Shown in pieces: positions 27,701 to 41,930 of a DNA stretch of 64,000 nucleotides; the first letter of the stretch is position 1, and each line of letters begins with the position of its first letter. The stretch lies in the NCBI GenBank assembly GCA_951406725.2, contig OX597832.1, positions 32,426,001-32,490,000 on the forward strand, in the 5' to 3' direction. The position numbers and the translations under genes were made by a program. The notes beneath the pieces are model-generated. The model saw only the letters and a list, made by a program, of their open reading frames with translations. It made no database searches and had not been told where the DNA came from. The DNA is from Octopus vulgaris (Eukaryota).

Positions 27701-28497
27701 CCCCCCCACACACATACCTTTCTGAGGATCAGGAACAACTTGAAACGCTTAAGACGTTTTCCGCTTTATTTTCCCTAATATAAACTAACATCCATTTTTC
27801 GTTTCTTTTTGCTTCCTGTATTTGTTGTTTTAATTTTACTTTCCTTTGCGCTAGATAAATATACACGCATACGTAAACACAGACAATAACACAGTGATAT
27901 TTATATATATACATATTTTTTTTTTCAGGCATAAACAGAAACATAAATACTGTGTTTGCGTATCAATAAGTGTGAGCATATATGAACTAAAAAACAAAGA
28001 AAGAAATAGCTTTAGATGTCGATGAAGATAAATAGATAGACGAGAATGCAGAAGGAATTGCTGAAAAGTGTGCTGTAGACAGACTGGAGAGACGATTATG
28101 ATAGAGAAATATAAATACTGTATGGCATTCATCTCTACAAGTTTAATATGATAATTGTGTGACAATAAGAAAAACTAATTTCCTTTGAAACGGTGGAATC
28201 ATTTCAATGTTGTTTGGACAATTAAAAGAAAATATTGTCTCTATACATTCTAAATGTTACGATATGCAAATGACTTAAAGCGAAATGGTTTGGACAAATG
28301 GTTGTCAGAAAGAGAAGAAAATAAAAGCAAGTTAGGAAAGGGGCATTAACGAAATATTTAACGAGAGGTGGATGGGCGAGGGGGGCGTGTGGTAGGGTGA
28401 AGAGTTATTTAATAAAGGAGGGCATTCAACAGAAAATTGAATTTGTAAATGAAAATATATATTAACAAGAAGATATATTGGTGGAAATAGACATATC

Positions 28498-28523
28498 ATT
28501 ACTACTACTACTACTACTACAAT

Positions 28524-28573
<50 letters not shown>

Positions 28574-28834
28574 AAATTACTACTACTACTGCTGCTGCTG
28601 TTGCTGCTGCTGCTGTTGCTGCTGCTGCTGTTGCTGCTGCTGCTGTTGCTGCTGCTGCTGTTGCTGCTGCTGCTGTTGCTGCTGCTGTTGCTGCTGCTTC
28701 TACTACTGTTACGACTACTGCAGCTGCTGCTTATAATAACGATGATGGAGAAGATATTGCTAATGATAACAGCAGCAACAATCATCATCAACAACAACAA
28801 CAACAACAACAACAATAATAATAATAATAATAAT
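28498..28834 (+). repeat. Compound array (CTA)n, 15-bp (CTG)4TTG-type unit, (CAA)n, (AAT)n
   Basis: Direct reading; abuts the Dong-like 5' end. Confidence 0.95.
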
Positions 28835-29830
28835 TAGATGATGACAGTGTTGCACCGAGCAAGTTCAGTGATACTGGTTTGTCTCCAGGATGTCTTTAAC
28901 CACCAAGGGACCAGCACAAACGGTGGAGATGGAACAAACAATTCAATGATGTGGTCATGGAGTGTTACTACATGATCAACCCTGTACACGAAAATGGTTC
29001 TCATATTAGGGAATACCGACCACGTATGCATGATCAATGGAGAGAAAGAAGATTGTTTCAACTCAAGGAACAGAGATTGTTTGATCAAGCCAGAGCAATA
29101 AAAAAAATAGTTGGTTCACAGAAGTAGAGTTCGAAGCTATCAAAAAACGGGTATTGGAGAAAAGCAGCAGAGGAAACAATGAAAGTTCAGTTCTTACTGA
29201 TAGAAGTAATCTCATAGGAGAGAACAGAGGTGAGATCTCTAATAAACCACAGGAAAGAAACAGTGATAGTTTGATCGATGAGAAACTTATAGATGGTCAA
29301 GAAGAAGATAATAAAACTAATGGTGACATGACAGATGGCCAAAAGGCAATCTACGACAGAATAAAGGCAAGGCTACAGGAGAACGTTAGCGACATTATTT
29401 GCAACCGTAAGAAGGTTTATCGCTGGAAATTGAAACAAGAAACGACAAATGTGAATGAAATTCGGATATACATCAGCGAACAAAGATACTGGACGCAAAA
29501 CAGGGAGGATAATATTGAAAGAAATGGACTGAAACAGCGCCGCATTTCTAAGAGTGCAATACGACCAAAAATTAAAGGGATACCAGCAGAATAAGTTATT
29601 CATAGTAGATCAGAAGATATCTAAAAAGCAATAAATGGAGAGTGTACAGATAAAAAGCTGATACCAGATAACATTGAAAGTTAAAGGTTTTACAGTGACA
29701 TGTGGAGCAAAGACAAGGAGCACAAGAAGGATGCAGAATGGTTGCAAGGACTGAAACAAACAGCAGTCTGTCCAAAACAGGCAGAACTAATCATTTCAGC
29801 TAGGAATTTGAAGGAAATCAGAAACAAAGG
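28835..29830 (+). mobile_element. R4/Dong-clade non-LTR retrotransposon 5' portion (N-terminal and pre-RT regions, decayed)
   Basis: RWRWNKQFNDVVMECYYMINP...EYRPRMHDQWRERRLFQLKEQRLFDQARAIKK / WFTEVEFEAIKKRVLE (~28920-29160), and IPDNIES*RFYSDMWSKDKEHKKDAEWLQGLK (~29660-29755). It begins immediately after an (AAT)n tract. Confidence 0.72.
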
Positions 29831-31025
29831 AATAACTTTGATCACATATACCTTCTTTTAATATATTTTAATTAATGTGTTATACAGTGCGGTACTGTAC
29901 TTTATTTTTATTTATTAATTAACCACAAATATACGTAAAATCTAGAAAATATAAATACCTATTGACCGCAGATACGCAATATAAATTTACATATATTGAC
30001 CAGAAAAATCCGTGAGGTACTAAGGGCACGATAGGTGAGGCGCGATATGGTGAGTGATTACTGTGTATGTATAAGGATACATAGATAAAGAGAGGACATA
30101 CGTGTGAGTACACACAGACAAACACATTCACATATACACACACAGGAAATGTGGTAATAGTAGATAGATAAAGTGTGAGAGATGGTGACGTATTAGAATC
30201 ATATTTGATGAAGAAAGGAGAGGATGGAGCTTCGGGAGAGGAGAGAAAGGACGTGAAAGGAGGTGAAAGAAGGAAGGAGAAAGGAAGTGATTATGGTGAG
30301 GAGAATGAGTAGAGGGGGTGGGGAGGGGATGAGGATGATGGGTTGGATAAACATGAGGGAAGATGAAGGAAAATAAATGAAAGAAAAGACGTCTATGAAA
30401 AGGAATGAATAATTGTAACATATACAGTATTACTGTAGCTCATTGCTGCTGCTGAATATAACGATGATGATGATGACGATGACGATGACACCGGTGATTG
30501 CAATGATGATGATGATGAGGAGGAGGAGGGGGAGGAGGAGGAGGGGCATGACGACAATGATGACGATGAAATTGACGACGGGAACAACGACGGGGCCGAT
30601 GGTTAAGGTGGTGGTGGTGCAGATGATGACGATAGAGATGATTGGAGATAAGTTAGAAATTAGAGAAGTGAAATACTTTCTGGGAGTAAAAAAAAAGAGA
30701 CGAAAATGAATGAAAAAGCAAAGGAGAAAACACAAAAGGTTGTTAGCAAAAGAGAAGAACGTCAGCAAAATGGCGGCGATAACGAGTGACAAAAGAAAAT
30801 GATTGAAAGAAGAGATAACATCGAGTCTATTTGGTTAGAGTTTTTATATGGATTTCTCTACTTGAAATTTGTACTTCTAGGTTGACTTAGTTATGTATAT
30901 TTGGCTGCATGAACGCCTGTATATATGTTTGCGTGTATGTAAGTGTGTATTTATTTCTGCGCCCATTACGTATGTATGTATAAGCATATTTACATATATT
31001 TATATGCAATGATATATATATATAT

Positions 31026-31088
<63 letters not shown>

Positions 31089-31182
31089 CACACACATGTC
31101 TAAAGAAATTCAAATGCATATATGCCTGTGTGTGTATATGTATATGAATATACATATCTATATCTATATTATTATCTATCTA

Positions 31183-31222
<40 letters not shown>

Positions 31223-31269
31223 TAGATATATAGATAGATAGATAGATAGATAGATAGCTAGATAGATAG

Positions 31270-31322
<53 letters not shown>

Positions 31323-31402
31323 CATTTGCTGCACGCAATAGAGAAATATTTTTGTAACTGTGTAACATACTGTGTTCAATTATATATCTATGCATCGATA
31401 TA

Positions 31403-31436
<34 letters not shown>

Positions 31437-31510
31437 GAGAGAGAGAGAGAGAGAGTGTGTGATTAGTTAGATAGGTATGTGTTAGATATGTATATATATA
31501 TATATGTATG

Positions 31511-31546
<36 letters not shown>

Positions 31547-31567
31547 CATACATACGTACATACATAC

Positions 31568-31633
<66 letters not shown>

Positions 31634-33224
31634 TTGCTTGTCTGTGTGTATCCCTGTGTGCTTGTGTGTGTTTATGTGATGTGTATGCTGACAGTTTCAT
31701 CTCGACTATAATATTTCCTGACAATTGTCGGCAATTGTTCTCTTGAAGTGATGTATCTTTTTAATAATTCCCATTGCGGAAATGAAACGCTCAATACTTC
31801 ATCATCATAATCATCGCTGCCATTACTACCACCACCATCTTCCTCTTCGCCTTTCAACTTAACATCATCATTCTTATCATCATCGTAAAGTGCTATTCAA
31901 AATGGCGGCTGTAATTGTTTTTCCTTCGTGGTTTTATAGTCTTCTTTTTCTCATATGAAAACATTTATACGTCCATTTAATGCTGTATTCTTGCTAACCT
32001 ATTAATTGTGATTATCAATGCAATTATTTCTCGTTGTTTTTACTATTATTGTTCGTATAATGCCTCTCTTTCTGTACAAAACATTGTTATATCAAAAACG
32101 CCTTACTAAGCAATTTGCGAAACACAAGTACCATAAAGTAAGTGCGAAAAATAAATATGTACTTGTGTCAATATGAGCAATTAATATACTGTAATTTGGT
32201 GCTCCAGCAAGGCCGCAGACTGAAGAATAATAGAACAGTCCATACGACACATTAATTAAGGACTTATAAGACGCCGTTACTAATATCCACTGACCCAGAC
32301 TTCGGCATTCGTTTTGTCACTATGTACTTGTTTACACATGTGATTATTTTAACTCTTAATCTGGAAGTATGGCACCGCGCCAAAGTAGTTTAATAAGCCT
32401 CCAAAACTAATGCAAAGGATAGAGGCAGCTATTCCCAAACCGAATACCTGACTCGGTCGTTTTCAACAAACAGCGCTCCTTTGAAGTTACCCAATTTGCC
32501 AGTTGGTTGGTTGAAACAGGGTGATCTGTTAAAACAGTCACTCTAGTCGGCCAATTCGAGATTTGAAATCTATACCTCAAGTATTGCAACGAATACTACA
32601 AGTTGCCCAATTTTACGCAACTCCCTCTATTCGTACTTTTTATATCATCCCCGAAAGAATATAATGCAAAGTTTGCCTATTATGTAGTGGAAATCAAAGA
32701 TAACCGAACGATGAAGATATTAATATTTCCTTCGCAATAATAACGTTACATGTTACATGTCATTCTTGAAATTGTGTGCCAGACGTCTCTCTCCGTATTT
32801 TCCGGTCGACCGAAGTCTTTTTGTGTGAAAGTGTGTAAACATATTCAATTTGAAAGGCCTTTGCCTGCACTATAGCTGTGTAAATCAGAGGTTCAAATCT
32901 TGCAAAACACAGTCGCGAGAATTCCACCTCTGAATAACATCAACGGCACAGGAGTCTATCGAATATTCATCCAGTCACTCAATAATGCAACGAGAATTGT
33001 TGATCGAACTATCCTAATACAGATCGTGGAAAGTGATAGAAACCCTTTACTATTTATACCACAGTTCTTTGTAAGAAACACAGTTGGTAATGGTGAGATA
33101 GGAAATGTTACCGCCATGCCGGCGTGTATATAACTGGATGCATAAAACCGATTGTGCGAATAATTCGCTCAAGGCTATGAAATTCAAGATTTCTTAAATT
33201 ATACACATTTACAATATATACACA

Positions 33225-33593
33225 TTCACATCATCATCATCATTGTTCGACCGTGGTCGAGATAATGGAATTTACCATGCTATGCCAGACTTCACGGTCC
33301 ATCATGGCATTACGGAGGTCCTGTTGCTGGATGCCTGTATCCCTGGAGATTACATCAGGGTAGGAGAGTGTGCACACTCTGGCATTGCGAGTAGATGGCT
33401 TCCAGAGGAGGAGTGTAGAAATTACCTCTTTTTCAGCTCTACAACAATGTCCAGCAAACTGGGCTCTCCTACCTTTCACAAGAGATGACACAGGTGGTAG
33501 TTTCCCATATATTTGCATTTTGGTTGGATGGCGCCTCTACGAGAGATTTTGAACTCTAATAAGGAGGTGAGTGTAGGTTCCATCCAACGAGTC
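33225..33593 (-). mobile_element. RTE-clade LINE, 5'-truncated 3' end with (TGA)n tail and ~22-bp target-site duplication
   Basis: RLDGTYTHLLIRVQNLS*RRHPTKMQIYGKLPPVSSLVKGRRAQFAGHCCRAEKEVISTLLLWKP...AMMDREVW. Tail is (cat)n at 33229-43. 'acacatttacaat(a/g)tatacaca' occurs at 33203 and 33594. Confidence 0.85.
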
Positions 33594-34213
33594 ACACATT
33601 TACAATGTATACACAATATATACACATTTACAATATAAATACATCATTCAGAATAATGCAAAAATGCTGCCTAGATTTACCTGGGATGTTAAATAAAAAC
33701 CTGTACCTTCACAGAAGTACCGACCAACATGCATATCCTCTGGAAAAAGATGAGTTATAAAGATTATTCTCTGGCCGATACTCTTCTAACTACGTTTACT
33801 CTTTATTCTCCTATTTTATTCTATTTTATTCCTTGTAAACTGAATTTTTCCCCGTCTAGAATATTAAAAATTGGCTCTGATGCCGCAATACCCAGTGTAC
33901 GGACATGCTAACCTACCACTTGCGTTATCCCAGAAACGGCTGCAAGGCTTCAAATTCACCTTAACCCCAATTAAATTATTTGAGACGATTTGAGATACCT
34001 ATTCTGCCTTTGATTTGATTTTTCCTCTAATATAATGTAATATAATATAATATATTATATGATACAATATAAAATAAAATCATATAATAAAGTCATGCGC
34101 AAAATAATTCAATACGCTCCGAGATTGACATGCCTCAGTTTTTTGTAAAATTGAATAAAACAAATAAAATAATCATGAATCCACACGTACTTCTACATGA
34201 TGAACAAAATGAT

Positions 34214-34515
<302 letters not shown>

Positions 34516-35542
34516 CGTAATATAAATAAAATGTCAGATGTTTTGATGCTTGACTTTTGGCCGAGCCTATATATATACACACAGAGAAACACAAATATGT
34601 AGATGTATGTATATATATTCTTAGAAGTAGGGATAGATATCCGTGTGTCTGTGTCGATCCGTATATCTACCAACAAATTTAGATCGAAAAAATAACCGAC
34701 AAAGACCCACACAAACATACGCGCTCATGGGGAGACGCATAGACACAACGCACGCACACTTTGGGGCTAGCACGCAGACATACATACACGTATCACATAG
34801 TAACCCAATACTTATATCGATGTATTTATTTAATCAAGATTTCTTCTATTTATAATATATCATTCTACTTTGATCGAAGAATCAAATGTAATGACGTGTA
34901 CAAGATTATTACATTTTTTTCCTGTATTTTTGTAATGAAAAAACTTATTAAATTTCTTCTGTCCTATATTAGTTTATATTATATACGCTTGCAATTAGAG
35001 TTTTTTAGGCCACCAAATGTTGAAAAGGTTTGCATGAAAAATAAGAAGCATCTTTGTAATATGCAATATGGTGGCATATATCGATACACAAAGGTTATAG
35101 GCTTCAAGGAATGTGATGCAAAGACACAACATACATACACACACACACACTGACAAACATGAACACTAACACACACACACACAGACACTCCTAGGCACAG
35201 TCTTGTCATGCATTTCGTGTCTCCGATCTGTTTGGTTACATGTGACTGTATTAGTTTTCTTTCTGTTCATTCAACATTTCAGTGCATATCAGCAGAATGA
35301 GAGAGGGAAAGAGAGAGAGAGAGAGAGGGAGTGAAAGACAGAGGGAGAGAATTGGTCGAGATTGAAAATCAGGGAATTAAATTATACTAATAAATATATG
35401 TATGAACGTTATACATTATATGTATAAATGTGTGTTTATATTCTATATAAAGATGTGTGTACATACATAGATATATTCATATATACATGCATAAATGCAC
35501 ACACATATATACATAGTTTTATATATATATATATACATATGT

Positions 35543-36328
35543 GGACAGTAACTTCGAAATATCGGCTTTCTGTCACCAGGGATATATTTGCGTACATATA
35601 TGTGTAAATACATATCTTATTTTATGACAGACGAATGGGAAAAGTGCTAAATAAATATAGTGGATTTCCTATAGATGTTTTATTAGAAGTGGGTTTCATG
35701 AGCGTAAGAGCGTAGGCTCGAAACATCAAAGCCTTTCCCATTATGCATACATAGAGGGAGAGATATACAAAGAGTTAGTCAGACAGGCAGTGAGACAAAC
35801 GGATAAATAGGTTTATAGATAAACACATGAATAATAGATGAATTGAGAGATGGATTGGTCGATCGTTCGATAGATAGATAAATATATATATAGATAAATA
35901 GATAGATATATAGAATGATAGATGGGTCGAATCGATAGATAGAAAGATAAATTGTGGTAGGTTGCTTCAAGTATTGTCTTAACAAAATATGAAGGCAAGG
36001 AGCAACTTACAATATGAAAAAATAATAATTATATTCTATTAAGATATTTTAAAATAAGAAAAGCCTTTATTCACAATCACAACAATTGTTTTCCTTATCA
36101 TGCTATTCCATAAAATATTATACATATAATTATATACATAATAGAATCCCATAGCAGCTGTGTAGCTGGTATCACAAGAAGAGTTTAATGTGTGGGTAGG
36201 GGATTTCTGTCGCCAAATCCTTTAATTTCACGCATCAGCCTATGCTTACGCCTGATTATGTTTCTTTCATTTTTCCCATTGTAGAAGACGCTATACGCTT
36301 TCATATTTCCTCTCTCTCTCTCTCTCTC

Positions 36329-36388
<60 letters not shown>

Positions 36389-36448
36389 TGTATATATATA
36401 TGTATATATATGTCTGTGTATATATCTATACATATGTATGTCTGTCTA

Positions 36449-36488
<40 letters not shown>

Positions 36489-36494
36489 TGTGTA

Positions 36495-36533
<39 letters not shown>

Positions 36534-36835
36534 GCAAAAGTCAAGAGAGAGAGACCAATGAGGGAGCAACAATCAAGGTGTATTAGATGTATTACTTTGA
36601 CGCTGAGAAAAAATGGAAAATTTGTTTGATGTTTCGAGCCTACGCTCTTACGCCCATAAACCCCAAGTATCGAGACGACTCTGAAATTAATTTCCAATAA
36701 AATATAACACATCCCGTACATATATTGAGTTCAAAACACGTTAGTCCGTCACACAACATAGTATGTATACACACGCACACACACGCACATAATGCATGTG
36801 ATGACATAAAGCCTATATTTCGAAGTTACTATTCA
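35543..36835. repeat. Inverted pair of family A-related segments (35543-35731 + / 36625-36835 -)
   Basis: 'gcgtaagagcgtaggctcgaaacatcaaa' (35702) versus its reverse complement at 36625-36653. 'agtaacttcgaaatatcggctttctgtca' (35547) versus 'tgacataaagcctatatttcgaagttact' (36802). Confidence 0.7.
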
Positions 36836-37474
36836 ACGTTTACAATGTAAGATGTTATATATACGGTGTTCTACATTCAATCGATCGGTCTTTGCCTATG
36901 CTTTTACGCAGTACTTTACTTTAAAAAGGCAAAAAACAATATGTGTGTGTGTATGTATGCGTATGTTTATAATTTGAGTATATTTGAGTGTGGTTTTCTT
37001 TTTCATTCGTTTGGATTTTGATATTTACATGAAGATGGAAGCATTAAATATTCCCATATGTATCTGCGTAAGTGATTAAGTGATTATGTAAAACGTTTTA
37101 ACTTGGATAGATTAGATGAAGTTGAATGATCTTTGAAATTTTGAAAATGGTCTCCCATACTATCTTGCTGAAAAGGGATGAAAATTATGATCAGCTTAAA
37201 AAGTTTTGCTATTCAGATCCATTCATTTATACTTTCACGCTTGTGCTTCTTTGAATGACTGACCTCAGCCCTGCAGGGACAATATCTTGGAAGTTTTAGC
37301 CAAGCAAATCGACATCAGTACCTTCTTATACGTCTGTGATTTATTGTGTTTTTTTAACTTCAAAAGTGGTGAATTATGATTTTCAAGCAGTGGTTGAGAC
37401 AGACACAAAGAAACACGCACGCATGCACACATCCCTACATAAACATACACATACGCATATATTCATACACACCA

Positions 37475-37570
37475 TGATAGATCGCTATCCACTACACATT
37501 CTTTATTTTCTCTCCTTGTTTCTTTCTGTTTTCCTTTCTGTGGAAGAGCGTAGGCGCGAAACGTTTTCTT
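37475..37570 (+). mobile_element. Family A repeat copy, degenerate hammerhead-like motif at 37534-37566
   Basis: cttt-ctgtgga-a-gagc-gtag-gcgc-gaaa-cg-tt; the upstream flank is the reverse complement of 47820-47880. Confidence 0.5.
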
Positions 37571-40300
37571 CCCCTATATATACATATAAATTGAGCAAAA
37601 ACGCAATAGAGGGCATTGAAACGTTCGGACAGATAGACGATACAAAGGTGGACAAGAGAAACAACAATTAAAGAAAAGGCAAAAATGACGGGCCAGTCTT
37701 GGCTTTCTTTCTTCAGTCACATACCAGAGGTCATGACAATTTCGGACATTTACGCTTGAGATGTTTCGATCTCGTGGTCCCCAACACGGATCAATGGAGC
37801 TTGATTTATATTCCTTGGTGCTCTGAGTTTGAAAGCGTGGTGCTAATCCTCACCCATTGGAAATTTGAATGAATGGTCAGTTGGAGAAAGTCAATTTCTA
37901 TTATTCTCAAACTTGTCTCTCATTCTGAATTCCAATGACTGAGGATTATCATCACGCCTTGAAAGTCGGAACGCCAAGGAAATTCAATAGAAATCTTTTG
38001 ATTTATACATTTAATTCCCAGTTGCGTGCCCACCTTTCGCTTGTCCGATCACTCTTATATATATATATATATATATAATTTTATATAAAATTAATTAAGG
38101 ATAGAAGTTGATATTTATCAATTAAAACCAGTGGTCTAGCATATTAAAAAAGAATCCGAAGATTAAAATATTTGAGAACATAATCTTTTGTGGAGAATGG
38201 CGATTTGACGTCTAAATCTAGCATGTTGACAGTCCACTTTTTGTGTTCAGTCCTTAATTGGTATATATATATATATATATACCATATTAATTCCAGCTCA
38301 TTGAACTCATTGTGACATAGTAGACGACGCTTGCTCAAGGTGCCACGTTGTGGGACTCAGTCGTAAAAAACATAGTTACCAAATGGCCTTCATAACCACA
38401 GAAGGGACAATACTTCTCAAGTGACTGCAAAGATGTACAAATATCGTATTTTAAAAATATTTCTCTTACAGTTTTGTATATCAATTGTAATTAAAGAAAA
38501 AATTGTACGTGACAAAACAAAAACGCGTTTTTAGATCTTCCTCACACCTTGGATATATTTATTAATTTCAAATATTCTTATTCGTTCTGCCCAAAATGCA
38601 TTCAACCAGATTTGTTTCCATCTCTTGTCGTTTTTTATTTCCCACCCCACATAATAATCATGTCCTTGATAACTTCTGAGCTTCAGCAATTGAGGATTCA
38701 TTACATTCAAGACAAGAATATACTCTCTTTTCTCTTCTTCTTATGCCTCTTTATATTTTGTCCTGAAAAGGCCATGCTACATCGATTGCAACACACACCA
38801 TCTTACTGTCGATGGCTGGAGGATTTAGCATGTTGAATAATGTTATTTAGAATTGTTGAAATCTAACGCTTATTTCGAACAAAAATAATTACATTTTTCC
38901 GTGCATGCAAAACCAAATTTATTGCAAAACCTCTTGGGTATTGCTGTAGTACTTCTATCATGGCTACAACTCCTGAATTCTGTTTGACGTAACCAAAAGC
39001 TTTGCAATTGAGTGTGAGCAACAGACTCATGTAACACATCGTTAAGGCGTCGGGAAAAATGCATCGAGTTATTTGTTCCGGGTCCATAAGGTCTTCGTTG
39101 AAATCCCACCGACAGATATGAACTCAGAGCGTAATTATTAATTATACGGAGCGTAATTTTTCTTTCATCTCTTTACGATTGATAATATAAAGTATCAAAC
39201 AAGTATTGAGGCGATGCAATTGGCCACGTAATATTTCATTAAAAATTCTATCATCATTATTGTCATTATCATCGTCGTCGTCGTCACTTTTGTCGTTACT
39301 GTTATTATTATGGCGGCGAGCTGACTGAACCGTTGTACGCCAGACAAAATGCTTAGCGACACAACGTATTGCCGTTGATAGCCTTCATTTCCCAACTCGG
39401 ACAAAACCAAGCATTTTCTTTCCGTTATTCACTACAATATACAAAAGCTATTTTTTTTCAAAAGGAATTTTATAATTTGCTCGTTGTAAAGTCCTGTTTC
39501 CTACGCATGTCAGTAGATGATATTCACTTATATATACATATATATATGGATATATATATATATATATAGTAAATTTAGGGTGAATATTTGATAAGTGTAA
39601 GTACCTGTATACGCCTGCTAGTAGCAGAGGTAAGAAGGTATATGTATCAAATGAAATCAAAAACAGAACACAAAGGATGTCGCGGATCCTTTGTGCTCTG
39701 GTTTTGATTTCACCTGATACATACATATATATATATATATATATGATTTATTTATATTTATAATACATTTACGTGCGTATATTTCCAATGCCACTATATT
39801 TTTGGTATTGTACACGTGTAGTGTTTGTTGTACTTGCATGATAAACAAGACAGTTGTAATAAGATACAATTCTGAAAATTGCGAGTCGTTTGTTACACAC
39901 TTTTACTGTTAATGGTATTTTGGTAAGGTACCGACCAAAATGAGATTGCTTGCTTTTTCGATTGATATTTTCTTTCTTCAAAAAATAGTCCTGTTGTGTG
40001 TGGACTAATATGTATATAAGTATATATATTTACATGTATGTGTATGCGTGTGTGTGTATGTGTGTGATGTCTGTGTCTGTGTGTTTTCTATATGTCCAAT
40101 CGCATGTTTTTGTATCGTACTTTCGTTACACACATATGCAAGCATACACAGGCATATTTGTTTGTGTGTATGTGTGTGTATTCTTTTGTGTCTGTGTTAA
40201 AGTGTGTGTTTATATTGTAAATTATATATGATTTAATGTAGCAATATACATATATACATACATATATATATGTGTGTGTGTGTGTGTGTGTATGTGTGTG

Positions 40301-40608
40301 AAGGCGGTTAGAGCATCGAGCTTACGATCGTGAGGTTGTGAGTTCCAATTCCGAGCCGGGCTGCGTGTTGTGACACTTTATTTCACGTTGCTCCAGTTCA
40401 CTCAGCTGTAGAAATGAGTTGCGACGTCACAGGTGTCAGGCTCTATCGGCCTTTGCCTTTCCTTTGGATAACACTGGTGGCGTGGAGAGGGCCGATATGT
40501 ATGTCCGACTGATGGTCTTCCATAAACAACCTTGCCCGGACTTATGTCTGGGAGGTTAACTTTCTAGGTACAATCCCCCATTCAGTGTCGTGACCGAAGG
40601 GGGTCTCA
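40301..40608 (+). mobile_element. Meta/MESC-like SINE, tail type 2
   Basis: 'gacactttatttcacgttgctccagttcactcagctgtagaaatgagttgcgacgtcac', shared with 62616-62785. Confidence 0.75.
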
Positions 40609-40719
40609 GAATATATATAAATTTAATCCAAACAAGAAAACACAAAAAAACACAGCAACGCGAGGACGTGGAACAAATAAAGTATTATTGTACGCTCATG
40701 AAAGAAGGGAAGAAGGAGG

Positions 40720-40754
40720 GTTTAACGTTTCGAGCGGAGCTCTTCGTCGGAAAC
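40720..40754 (-). ncRNA. Minimal hammerhead-like motif, family A variant
   Basis: Minus strand: GUUU-CCGACGA-A-GAGC-UCC-GCUC-GAAA-CG-UU-AAAC. Stem I covaries relative to the 23640 copy; the core has U4>C. Confidence 0.6.
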
Positions 40755-41501
40755 ATAGGAGAAGGAAAGATCCCGAGAAGGGAAGACATGGGTATATTAT
40801 GTTAGATTAAATGAAATTAGTAGTGATTCATTATATATGGCCGCGTGTTTCAGTGTTTATGGAATGAGTGGGATATATGATTCATGCCCTTGCATTCGTA
40901 GATAAATTTGGGATAGAAATGTTGGGATATATACTGAAGGGCGGAGGATAATTTGGGACAGAGAAACTGTGGTGAGTAATGAAAACAAGCAATGCAACAA
41001 ACAACTTGGAATTCTGAGCCAAGGTGGACGGAGGAATAACTTTTTGTGATTGAGAAATTCATTAGAAAGAATATCAATGAAATGCGTAGTAACTATTTCC
41101 ATGTAAAAAAAAAAATTGGAGGCACAAAAATTGATGGAACTGTGAGAAATGTGGAGAATACGAGTTGAATTCCTAAAATTTAAAACTTTTAAGAACATCA
41201 TCTTTGATTATACAAAAATTTCGCAATAAATCTATTTTCCTTGGGAAAATAGTAGACAGAAAGAAAAGAATTAATAGCTAGCAGCGTCGTAATGAAATTC
41301 ATATAAGAGAGTTAAAGTGTTTGAATTAAATAATATTAATATAGAAAATAGTAGACTTCTGGAACTGTTGGGTGAGAGGAGAATAAAAGGGAATCTGCTT
41401 GCTGCAAAATCTTCCTTTTCTATGCAGAAAAATTTCATTTCTTTTAAATAATTAAACAAAAGAATTAGCGATGTGAACTAAGGATGTTTCAAAATTTAAT
41501 G

Positions 41502-41930
41502 AGAAGGAGTCGTTGTGTGGTAAGTAGCTTGATTACCAACCACATGCTTGCGAGTTCAGTCCCACTGCGTGGCATCTTGGGCAAGTGTTTTCGACTATAG
41601 CCTCGGGCCGACCACAGCCTTGTGAGTGGATATGGTAGATGGAAACTGAAAGAAGCCCATCGTATATATGCATATATATATATATATATGTGTGTATGTG
41701 TGTGTGTGTGTGTGTGTGTATGTTTGTGTGTCTGTGTTTCTCCCTCCAACATCACTTGACAACTGATGCTGGTGTGTTTACGTCCCCGTTACTTAGCGGT
41801 TCAGCAAAAGAAGCCGATAGAATAAGTACTAGGCCTACGAAGAATAAGTCCTGAGGTCGATTTGCTCGACTAAAGGCGGTGCTCCAGCATGACCACTGTC
41901 AAATGATTGAAACAAGTAAAAAAGAGTAAA
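41502..41930 (+). mobile_element. Abundant tRNA-derived SINE with CORE-like segment and internal (TA)/(TG) microsatellite, full-length copy
   Basis: 'tgtgtggtaagtagcttgattaccaaccacatg...gttcagtcccactgcgtggcatcttgggcaagtg...gccttgtgagtgg..ggtaga.ggaaactgaaagaagccc' + microsatellite + 'acttagcggttc...ggcggtgctccagcatg...gaaacaagtaaaa'; more than 10 partial copies in the window. Confidence 0.85.

Noticed and set aside
29154-29594. 146-aa ORF as a host gene
   Set aside because: It lies inside the decayed R4/Dong-like element, between recognisable retrotransposon motifs.
32900-33133. 77-aa ORF upstream of the RTE fragment
   Set aside because: Non-ATG start, no motif and no supporting splice signals.
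36075-36245. 'acaattgtttt' palindrome resembling the retrozyme stem III
   Set aside because: No matching CUGANGA with a pairing stem I was found.
37700-37750. Minus-strand GAAA..UC..CUGAAGA arrangement (type II hammerhead-like)
   Set aside because: Neither the stem I closing pair nor stem II can be formed.
37760-38050. Possible Penelope GIY-YIG endonuclease remnant near a family A copy
   Set aside because: I could not read a convincing GIY-YIG motif in the frames examined by eye; it needs a TBLASTN/HMM search.
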